Source: Chitinophagales bacterium | GTDB lineage: Bacteria; Bacteroidota; Bacteroidia; Chitinophagales; JADIYW01 | DNA length: 64,000 nt | NCBI GenBank assembly: GCA_017984135.1 | Contig: JAGNZZ010000001.1 | Location: forward strand, 185,832-249,831 | Direction of reading: 5' to 3' | Shown: piece after piece, positions 57,274 through 64,000 of the stretch | Layout: every line of letters begins with the position of its first letter | Position numbering within the stretch: the stretch's first letter is position 1 | Notes under the pieces: model-generated | Databases searched by the model: none | What the model was told of the DNA's origin: nothing | What the model saw: only the letters and a program-made list of their open reading frames with translations | Position numbers and translations under genes: made by a program

Positions 57274-57762
57274 TTATAACTTCACCACAATTGGCGGCGT
57301 TGTGATTACATTGCTTTTATGATTGGCTCTATCTGTTAAATAAAGTTCGTAAGTAAACGTATCAATTGAAATTCCTTTAGCCAAAAAATAGGTTTCATAA
57401 CTATTAAACAATCCATCGTTTAATTTTATTTCTATTGTGCCACTAATGGCATTAGTGGTGCCTTTTTTGGGTATGATAGGAATCACATAATTCCTATTCC
57501 CAAAAGCAGCAGTATCTCTCAAATTTCTATACACTACAAAAGAGGTAGAATCTGCATTATTCAATTTTCCTAAATCACCATCACCATCCGTAAAGCTCAA
57601 AACTAAATTGCCACCTTCACCGATATTTAGCGTATATACTTCGTTGGGTTTGTCAAATCGTTCAAACTTAACCGTAGGTTCAATCGGAAATTCTGGTGTT
57701 TTATAACATGCCATCATTGTTGACATCGTCATAACGAATATTATACTGTTTTTAATTTTCAT
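57274..57762 (-). CDS. Small lipoprotein of unknown function
   Basis: Start chosen at MKIKNSIIFVMTMSTMMAC (lipobox-like MMAC). The ORF is open to 57786, which would overlap the divergent gene. Confidence 0.45.
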   Translation of the reverse strand: MKIKNSIIFVMTMSTMMACYKTPEFPIEPTVKFERFDKPNEVYTLNIGEGGNLVLSFTDGDGDLGKLNNADSTSFVVYRNLRDTAAFGNRNYVIPIIPKKGTTNAISGTIEIKLNDGLFNSYETYFLAKGISIDTFTYELYLTDRANHKSNVITTPPIVVKL

Positions 57763-57780
57763 TTCTATTAACTTTGCAAG

Positions 57781-58779
57781 GTGCAAAAAATCGCTTCAAA
57801 AATACAAGAAAAAATCTTTTTAACTACTAATTTTAACTTTGATGAAATCGCTTTGGAACTTTTTCATTTTCAATATACATATAACCCAATTTATAAGCAA
57901 TTTGTTGACCATTTAAAGATAAACGTTAAAAATGTAAATGAAATTGTAAAAATTCCATTTCTTCCTATTGAGTTTTTTAAAACTCATCGTATTATTTGCC
58001 AACATGCACCTACTCAAAAAATATTTGAAAGTAGCGGAACTACAGGACAAATCAACAGCAAACATTTTGTGAGCGAATTAAAATTATATGAACAAAGTTT
58101 TGAAAAAGCATTTGTGGAATTTTATGGTTCAATAGAAGATTGGACTTTCCTGGCTTTATTGCCTTCTTACCTTGAACGAGATACTTCTTCTCTCGTCTAT
58201 ATGATGAATGATTTAATTCTAAAATCAAAGAAACCTAATTCCGGATTTTACCTACATAATTTAGCTGACTTGAAACAGCAAATAATACAGACACAACAAC
58301 AAGCAAATTCAAAAATAATGTTAATTGGTGTAACATTTGCCTTATTGGATTTTGCAGAACAATTTCCTATGGATTTAAGCAAAATTGTGTTGATGGAAAC
58401 TGGAGGCATGAAAGGGCGAAGAAGAGAATTAATGCGTGAAGAAGTACATCAAATTTTACAGCAAGCCTTTTCTGTTTCTAAAATACATTCAGAATATGGA
58501 ATGACTGAACTATTATCGCAAGCCTATTCCTATGGTGATGGAATTTTTAAATCTCCAAATTGGATGAAAGTGTTAAAACGAGATATTTATAATCCATTTT
58601 TTATCTCAGATGAAAAAGGAAGAGGTGGATTAAATGTAATTGATTTAGCAAATATTTATTCATGTGCTTTTATTGCTACACAAGATATTGTACACTTGAT
58701 GGCAGATAATGAATTTTCTGTTTTAGGAAGAATAGACAATGCAGACATTCGCGGTTGCAACTTGATGGTTACTCTTTAA
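57781..58779 (+). CDS. LuxE/PaaK-like acyl-adenylate-forming enzyme (acyl-protein synthetase family)
   Basis: 332-aa ORF with a GTG start. The FESSGTTGQ AMP-binding-type motif, METGGMKGRR and SEYGMTE resemble the LuxE-family acyltransferase common in Flavobacteriia. Confidence 0.55.
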   Translation: MQKIASKIQEKIFLTTNFNFDEIALELFHFQYTYNPIYKQFVDHLKINVKNVNEIVKIPFLPIEFFKTHRIICQHAPTQKIFESSGTTGQINSKHFVSELKLYEQSFEKAFVEFYGSIEDWTFLALLPSYLERDTSSLVYMMNDLILKSKKPNSGFYLHNLADLKQQIIQTQQQANSKIMLIGVTFALLDFAEQFPMDLSKIVLMETGGMKGRRRELMREEVHQILQQAFSVSKIHSEYGMTELLSQAYSYGDGIFKSPNWMKVLKRDIYNPFFISDEKGRGGLNVIDLANIYSCAFIATQDIVHLMADNEFSVLGRIDNADIRGCNLMVTL

Positions 58780-58800
58780 ATGATGAATAAATAGATTTAT

Positions 58801-59367
58801 TCATTTCCATTTTTTTATTTCTGCAATAATACGTTTAATAGGCAAACCCATCACATTTTGAAATTCACCTTCAATTTTTTCTACACCATTGTATTCTTGA
58901 ATATTGTAAGCACCAGCTTTATCTAAAGGATTGTACTTTTTTATGTATTGATGAATTTGCGCTTCATCCAACATTTTAAAATGAACTTTAGTAGTTTCTG
59001 AAAAGGAAATTTGTTTTTTGTTTTTTCGCATGGTTATACCAGTCACTACTTCATGTGTTTTTCCATTCATTGCATTTAAATATCGAAATGCATAATCGAT
59101 ATTCTTAGGTTTTCCAAGAATTTTTTTTTCAAATATAACAATCGTATCTGCACAAATAATCATTTCAGCATCATCACCTAAATAAGAATAAACATCAAAC
59201 ATTTTAAGTTTTGAAATATACTCAGCCACATTGTAAAAATTCATGTCTGCCGGATATCGCTCTACAATTTGTGGCTCTATTACTTTAAAATCAAATCCTG
59301 CATCACCAAGTATTTCTTGTCTTCTGGGCGATTTGGAGCCTAAAATTAATTTTTCTAAAATGGGCAT
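58801..59367 (-). CDS. maf: Maf-family nucleoside triphosphate pyrophosphatase
   Basis: 188-aa ORF with LILGSKSPRRQEIL, CADTIV and GAYNIQ motifs. Confidence 0.9.
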   Translation of the reverse strand: MPILEKLILGSKSPRRQEILGDAGFDFKVIEPQIVERYPADMNFYNVAEYISKLKMFDVYSYLGDDAEMIICADTIVIFEKKILGKPKNIDYAFRYLNAMNGKTHEVVTGITMRKNKKQISFSETTKVHFKMLDEAQIHQYIKKYNPLDKAGAYNIQEYNGVEKIEGEFQNVMGLPIKRIIAEIKKWK

Positions 59368-59375
59368 AAATGTAT

Positions 59376-60359
59376 TTAAAAAAGTTTAGTAATATAATTT
59401 AAATATTGAACAAAAACATAAGGACCATTTCCACTACTAAAATACAACATTGTAAGAACACCAATCAACATTATTATTTTCAAAAGAATACTAATGTAAT
59501 GAAAATGACTTTTAGTATTTGCTTTCATTATCAAAAACAAGATAAGTACCAAAGGAAAAAATAATACGATTGCAATTCCAATCGAAGCAATTTTCATGTT
59601 TAGAATTGGAAAAAACAACATGAATGAAAGTATTATTGACATTAAAATAAGGACAATTACAATGGAAATTATTTTTGAATTTCTAATACCAAAAACAATA
59701 GGAATAGTTTTGCAATCATATTGCTCATCTCCTTCTTTATCTTCAATGTCTTTAATTAATTCGCGTAAAAAAGTAGTAAGAAAAGCAAATAAACTATAGA
59801 TAAAAGCAGCAATCATAATGCCACTACGAATGTAGTTTGTATTTGCAGATTCTACTGTTTTATGTCCACTTTCATACAATGCAATTAAAAGAATGACAAA
59901 TGCTGCACATATTGCAATCATAAAATTTCCAACAATCAATTGCTTTTTAAACGTATGTGCATAGAAATTTAAAATCACCATGATAAGAATGGGAATTAAG
60001 GACAAGCGAAAGTTTTGAGTTAGAAATGCTAACGCAAGTGTACTTACAATACCAACGATACAGGTTATTTTATAAAAATTATAGGCATTTTCTTCAGATA
60101 TATATTGACCTACAATCTTTTTTTGAGAATGATTGATGTTGTCAATTTCTACATCAAAAATATCATTGATAATATATCCACTGGCAGCCGTAAATATAGT
60201 TGTAATAACTAAAAGTAAAAATTGAATATTGGTTAAGTTGGGTTCAAAATAATATAAATTATAGGGTGATGCCGCAACAAAACATAAACGGAACAAATAC
60301 ATCATGAGCAAAAGCATGAATAAATTTAGAGGTCGAACGAGTTTTATATAATATATCAT
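59376..60359 (-). CDS. UbiA-superfamily prenyltransferase (archaeal DGGGP-synthase-like)
   Basis: 327-aa ORF with about 8-9 TM helices, a first Asp-rich motif NDIFDVEIDN and a second KDIEDKEGD. Confidence 0.8.
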   Translation of the reverse strand: MIYYIKLVRPLNLFMLLLMMYLFRLCFVAASPYNLYYFEPNLTNIQFLLLVITTIFTAASGYIINDIFDVEIDNINHSQKKIVGQYISEENAYNFYKITCIVGIVSTLALAFLTQNFRLSLIPILIMVILNFYAHTFKKQLIVGNFMIAICAAFVILLIALYESGHKTVESANTNYIRSGIMIAAFIYSLFAFLTTFLRELIKDIEDKEGDEQYDCKTIPIVFGIRNSKIISIVIVLILMSIILSFMLFFPILNMKIASIGIAIVLFFPLVLILFLIMKANTKSHFHYISILLKIIMLIGVLTMLYFSSGNGPYVFVQYLNYITKLF

Positions 60360-60360
60360 T

Positions 60361-60888
60361 TTAGAATTTAAACCATTTATCTTGAACTTTTAATACCATT
60401 TCTATCACTTCGCGCACACATGCGTCGCCACCATTTTGTGGACAAATGTATTGTGCTATTTGTTTTATTTCAGGAACTGCATCATTTGGGCAACATTTTA
60501 AACCACAATAATTCATCGCTTCATAATCTGGTATATCATCGCCCATATATACTACTTCATCAACAGACAAAGCCTCTTTTTCTAAAAAATCTTTTAAAAC
60601 AACTAGCTTATCTTTTACTTTATAATGATTATGTTTTACTCCTAATTGTTCAAATCTTTTATACACATTTAAAGACGTTCCACCCGTAATAATACATACT
60701 TCAAAGCCATTATCTAATGCTGTTTTTATAGCGAATCCATCTTTTGCATTAAAAATTCTTTGTAAATCACCTGATTCTGTAGAAATTAAATGGTTATTGG
60801 TAAATACGCCATCTACGTCAAATACAAATGCTTTTATTTTATGAAGTTTTTGGTGAAAATGTGCATTCATCATAACGCAAAGATACAT
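60361..60888 (-). CDS. kdsC: HAD-IIIA phosphatase, KdsC-like (KDO 8-phosphate phosphatase)
   Basis: FVFDVDGVFT (DxDG nucleophile motif), ITGG and YMGDDIPD motifs. The start is uncertain among Met codons at 60888, 60873 and 60870. Confidence 0.8.
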   Translation of the reverse strand: MYLCVMMNAHFHQKLHKIKAFVFDVDGVFTNNHLISTESGDLQRIFNAKDGFAIKTALDNGFEVCIITGGTSLNVYKRFEQLGVKHNHYKVKDKLVVLKDFLEKEALSVDEVVYMGDDIPDYEAMNYCGLKCCPNDAVPEIKQIAQYICPQNGGDACVREVIEMVLKVQDKWFKF

Positions 60889-60950
60889 TTCAATTTAAAT
60901 AAGTCCAATAATACCATTCATTGGGTAGCACAAATATTCAAAAATGGTAT

Positions 60951-60958
60951 TAAATTTG
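60951..60958 (+). promoter_or_regulatory. Candidate -7 box TAAATTTG
   Basis: Matches TAnnTTTG, 24 nt before the ATG at 60983. Confidence 0.4.
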
Positions 60959-60982
60959 ATACAGAACTAAAAAATATAAAGT

Positions 60983-61789
60983 ATGAAAAAAATCCAAGTA
61001 TTGTTATTTGCAATTTTTGCATTTTCAATTAGCGCAATAGCTCAAACCAATAAAGTGGTACTTTGCGAAACGTACGATAAAACTACCGGTGAAGCTACCG
61101 GAATTTATAAAAGTTGGGATATACCAAAAGATGGTGGTTATGTTTACATTGTTTACTCTCAAGATAGACCTATCAAAGATGAATTAATGGTGTACGTGGA
61201 CAAAAAAAATAGCTCCACAGGTGAGTACGAAGCTTATGATACCTATGTAATTAATAAAGAATCTTCAAACAATAAAAAATGGATAATGTATGATAATCGA
61301 TTTACTGAAATTGGTGATTATAAAATTTCCATTATGGGTCCAGGTGAAAAAGTAATGGCTTCTACACTTACCACTATAAATTGGATAAAAGAGAATGAAA
61401 ATTCAACATCTAATTCTGATGACAATGATGAGGATAAAGATGCAAAAGACACGTATTATTATGAAAATTCAACCATTGAATTTGGTACTAAAGTAGAAAA
61501 TGGGGAAGTAATTGGAAAAAGTGAAACATTTATGCTTAAAAATGGAAAAGCAGAATTTGAATGTTTAATATATCAAGATGAGGATTTAAAGTGTAAAGAA
61601 TTAACCGTTACTATTTATAATGGTGATGATTATAAAGACGAAGTTTCATCTGAAGTTTTTTCAATTGAAAGTAAAACTTGGAACTGGGTTAAAATACCTA
61701 TAAAAGTTAGCAAAAAAGGTAAATACGTAGTGGATGTGTATAATGAACACGACACTTTTATCAATTCAGGTTATTTCACTATTGAATAA
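60983..61789 (+). CDS. Secreted protein of unknown function (two similar beta-rich halves joined by an acidic linker)
   Basis: 268-aa ORF with a signal peptide ...SAIAQ. Both halves end with a G(D/K)YK/YVV..I/V..pattern. The linker is NSDDNDEDKDAKD. Confidence 0.5.
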   Translation: MKKIQVLLFAIFAFSISAIAQTNKVVLCETYDKTTGEATGIYKSWDIPKDGGYVYIVYSQDRPIKDELMVYVDKKNSSTGEYEAYDTYVINKESSNNKKWIMYDNRFTEIGDYKISIMGPGEKVMASTLTTINWIKENENSTSNSDDNDEDKDAKDTYYYENSTIEFGTKVENGEVIGKSETFMLKNGKAEFECLIYQDEDLKCKELTVTIYNGDDYKDEVSSEVFSIESKTWNWVKIPIKVSKKGKYVVDVYNEHDTFINSGYFTIE

Positions 61790-61800
61790 ATATATATAGT

Positions 61801-61838
61801 TTTACAGAAGAAACCTATTTTGAGGTTTCTTCTGTAAA
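61801..61838. terminator. 16-bp perfect hairpin between convergent genes, overlapping the tlpA stop codon
   Basis: TTTACAGAAGAAACCT (61801-61816) pairs with AGGTTTCTTCTGTAAA (61823-61838), loop ATTTTG. The right arm and loop encode the last residues and stop of the minus-strand gene. Confidence 0.6.
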
Positions 61839-62954
61839 GATTTGTTTTAACTTCGCTTCAAGCTCATCTCCTCTTAAATCTTTAGCAATTACATTTCCTT
61901 TTTTATCCAATAAAAAGGTAGCTGGAATGGCTTGTACTTGATATGTTTGCGCCGGTGCTGAACTCCATCCTTGTAAATCACTTCCATGATTTTTCCAAAT
62001 TAAACCATCTTTTTTAATGGCTTCCACCCATTTATCTTTGCGTTGGTCTAACGAAACTGAAAATATCTCAAATCCTTTTGCATGATATTGGTTATATACT
62101 TTTACCACATTTGGATTTTCTTGACGACATGGTCCACACCAAGATGCCCAAAAATCAAGCAACACGATATTACCTTTTAAATCATTTAATTGGATAGTGT
62201 CACCATTTGGATTTTCTAAAATAATATTTGGTGCTTGTGTATTTAAAGCAATTCCACCTTTGTTTTGTGCTTCAATTTGTTGTTGATATTTTTGAGTTTC
62301 TGCATACCAAAGACCTATTAATTTTGAATCCGGTGATGTAGCATGTAGTTTTCTAACAATGTCAATTATATATGTAATTTCTTCTGCTTTAAAATCACCT
62401 AAATAATTGAGTGCAAAACAGGCTACCTCATTATTGGGTTCCTTTTCAATAAAGCTTTTTAGAAATTGTATATAGCTATCTTTTGTTTTATTGAAATCTC
62501 GAATCAATGAATCTTTCATTGTTGTCGGTGCATTTTGGATTTTAAAAGCAGCCGTATCTAAAGCCGAAAAATATTTTTTTACATCTTTATTTAATTGACG
62601 AATAGAAGCCGAACCTTTGCTGCCTTCCACTTTGTAGTTTTCTAAATCATTCAAATCAGCAGAAATTTTGATATTGTCTTTCTTTTCTAAATATAGAAAA
62701 ATAGATTTTGACATATCTTCACCCAATCTCAATCTATAAATGCCATTGGTAGAATAATTATTTAATTCAAATGTATTATTCGTAATTGTAGCAGTATCAA
62801 TGGTTACTGCATTTATGTCGGTAATATCCTCTAAATAGACTTTAATGCCATTCGCATTTGTAATATTTCCATCTATTTTATATCCATTAAAATAGTTACA
62901 GCTTGAAAATAGAAAGATGGAAAAAGTAAAAAGGAGAATAAATCTAGATTTCAT
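61815..62954 (-). CDS. TlpA-family thiol:disulfide oxidoreductase lipoprotein (thioredoxin fold with N-terminal DUF4369-like domain)
   Basis: 379-aa ORF with lipobox FSSC and the C-terminal thioredoxin domain motif LDFWASWCGPCRQENP. Confidence 0.88.
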   Translation of the reverse strand: MKSRFILLFTFSIFLFSSCNYFNGYKIDGNITNANGIKVYLEDITDINAVTIDTATITNNTFELNNYSTNGIYRLRLGEDMSKSIFLYLEKKDNIKISADLNDLENYKVEGSKGSASIRQLNKDVKKYFSALDTAAFKIQNAPTTMKDSLIRDFNKTKDSYIQFLKSFIEKEPNNEVACFALNYLGDFKAEEITYIIDIVRKLHATSPDSKLIGLWYAETQKYQQQIEAQNKGGIALNTQAPNIILENPNGDTIQLNDLKGNIVLLDFWASWCGPCRQENPNVVKVYNQYHAKGFEIFSVSLDQRKDKWVEAIKKDGLIWKNHGSDLQGWSSAPAQTYQVQAIPATFLLDKKGNVIAKDLRGDELEAKLKQIFTEETSK

Positions 62955-63050
62955 AAACGAGCAATTTTTATTTGTAATAAAGTTAAAAGTTATAACATCA
63001 AACTTAAAATATTGTTTGTTGTTTTTTTATTGGCTGCTAATTAAATGTAA

Positions 63051-63082
63051 AAGAGCCGACAAACTTCTTATTGTCGGCTCTT
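63051..63082 (-). terminator. Intrinsic terminator after ndk
   Basis: 12-bp stem AAGAGCCGACAA / TTGTCGGCTCTT with an 8-nt loop and T/A runs on both sides. Lies 22 nt downstream of the ndk stop on the minus strand. Confidence 0.75.
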
Positions 63083-63103
63083 TTTATGTTATGCAAAAAT
63101 CTA

Positions 63104-63523
63104 CTAGAAACGTTCTAATTGACTAAAAAAGAAATTTCCTTCTATGGCAGCATTCTCATCAGAATCAGAACCATGAACAGCATTTTCGCCAATAGATTTG
63201 GCAAAACGTTTTCTAATGGTTCCTTCTTCAGCTTGCGCCGGATTGGTTGCTCCAATTAATGTACGGAAAGTATCTACTGCATTTTCTTTTTCTAAAATGG
63301 CTGCCACAATTGGACCTCTACTCATAAACTCCACTAATTCTCCATAAAATGGGCGTTCTTTATGTACCTCATAAAATTGACCAGCTTGCGTTTCTGTTAA
63401 TTTTGTGTATTTCATTGCCACTACTTTAAATCCAGCTTCCGTAATCATTGCCAAAATAGAACCAATATGGTTCGATTCAACTGCATCCGGTTTAATCATT
63501 GTAAAAGTTCTGTTTGTTGCCAT
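63104..63523 (-). CDS. ndk: Nucleoside diphosphate kinase
   Basis: 139-aa ORF with [10 protein letters not shown] and the active-site motif NAVHGSDS. Confidence 0.96.
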   Translation of the reverse strand: MATNRTFTMIKPDAVESNHIGSILAMITEAGFKVVAMKYTKLTETQAGQFYEVHKERPFYGELVEFMSRGPIVAAILEKENAVDTFRTLIGATNPAQAEEGTIRKRFAKSIGENAVHGSDSDENAAIEGNFFFSQLERF

Positions 63524-63537
63524 TGTTTATTTTTTTG

Positions 63538-63545
63538 CAAAGATA
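63538..63545 (-). promoter_or_regulatory. Candidate -7 box TATCTTTG (minus strand) upstream of ndk
   Basis: Plus strand CAAAGATA, 14 nt from the ndk start codon. Confidence 0.45.
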
Positions 63546-63664
63546 GTTTACTGTTTACAGTTTATAGTTCACAGTATCAATTATTTACCATTAATTAACG
63601 TTCTATCGGAATTAATTCAAACGAATCTAGCGTGGAATCATATTCATTTCCCTCGCAACTTTTG

Positions 63665-63672
63665 TATCTTTG
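63665..63672 (+). promoter_or_regulatory. Candidate -7 box TATCTTTG, 4 nt from the nrnA ATG
   Basis: Matches TAnnTTTG. The ATG is at 63677. Confidence 0.4.
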
Positions 63673-63676
63673 AACA

Positions 63677-64000
63677 ATGGAGAAAATTAACGAATTACAA
63701 GAGTTTTTAAAAACACCTAAAAATATAGTGATTACAACACATCAAAAACCGGATGGCGATGCCATGGGTTCTTCTTTGGCGTTGTATAATTATTTACAAT
63801 CCTTTGGTCACAACATTCGTGTTATATCACCAACAGAATATCCTACTTATTTTTCCTATTTACCAAGTTATGATGAAGTGTGGAATTATTTAGAAAATCC
63901 AAGCTTGAGTCAAATTGCTATCGAAGCTGCGGATCTTATTTTTTGTTTGGATTTTAATGATTTGAAACGAATTGAACCTTTAAACGAATTCATTTTAAAA
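63677..64000 (+). CDS. nrnA: DHH-family phosphoesterase, NrnA-like (oligoribonuclease / pAp phosphatase), N-terminal 108 aa (3' end off-window)
   Basis: My own translation gives MEKINELQEFLKTPKNIVITTHQKPDGDAMGSSLALYNYL... with H-x-x-PDGDA-GS (DHH motifs I/II). It stays open in frame to the window end and is not in the supplied ORF track. Confidence 0.8.
   Translation, partial: MEKINELQEFLKTPKNIVITTHQKPDGDAMGSSLALYNYLQSFGHNIRVISPTEYPTYFSYLPSYDEVWNYLENPSLSQIAIEAADLIFCLDFNDLKRIEPLNEFILK

Noticed and set aside
192-63710. Numerous 60-160-aa ORFs in the supplied track that lie antisense to, or out of frame within, the long genes (for example 12929-13336, 14334-14741, 19552-19947, 20005-20319, 50034-50519, 52470-52907).
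   Set aside because: Each is fully embedded in or overlaps a gene with strong family motifs. Their translations are low-complexity or hydrophobic with no recognisable motifs. An AT-rich genome with few stop codons in some antisense frames produces such shadow ORFs by chance.
1-64000. A search for mobile elements, CRISPR arrays, toxin-antitoxin pairs, integrases, phage genes and compositional islands.
   Set aside because: No direct-repeat/spacer arrays, inverted terminal repeats, transposase or integrase motifs, or obvious composition shifts were seen. The single tRNA gene is not flanked by an integrase or by a duplicated tRNA 3' end.

Overview
AT-rich (roughly one-third G+C by eye, not computed) chromosomal segment that looks like core genome of a Bacteroidota, probably Flavobacteriia-like, organism. 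Supporting this: a short ~288-aa primary sigma factor, recurrent TAnnTTTG -7 promoter boxes, no Shine-Dalgarno sequences, and lineage-typical families (DUF4199, DUF4294, DUF5683, DUF5103/T9SS plug, GSCFA, TPR-HisKA_3 kinase). I can support about 57 protein genes and 1 tRNA. I saw no rRNA, CRISPR array, transposase, integrase, phage or recognisable defence genes. Gene content: an ilvD / tRNA-Val / pfkA / ilvB-ilvN-ilvC block, argB-argE, gyrA, rpe, rpoD, rpsO-pnp, yajC-coaE, trxB, a TPR-kinase/LuxR pair, gpx, bshB1, a three-gene glycosyltransferase operon, aceK, two tandem 7TMR-DISM kinases, parA-parB, dapB-lepB, an ALDH, a cluster of secreted or coiled-coil proteins of unknown function, maf-ubiA-kdsC, tlpA, ndk, and the start of nrnA. 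Observations most worth follow-up: (1) a translationally coupled pair of 7TMR-DISM histidine kinases in which one lacks the phospho-acceptor His but keeps the ATPase boxes, and the other keeps the His but has a degenerate ATPase domain; (2) a GT2 / STELLO-like (DUF288) / GT39 operon of unknown substrate; (3) a three-gene cluster sharing a Cys-containing module (DUF4377-like) with META, zinc-ribbon and long coiled-coil parts; (4) the only two perfect DnaA boxes in the window, plus three one-mismatch boxes, packed into 80 bp upstream of the parAB operon; (5) a full-length paraoxonase (PON)-family lipoprotein with all catalytic residues apparently conserved; (6) an aceK gene with no glyoxylate-shunt genes nearby. 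All family assignments come from manual motif recognition and need HMM or BLAST confirmation.
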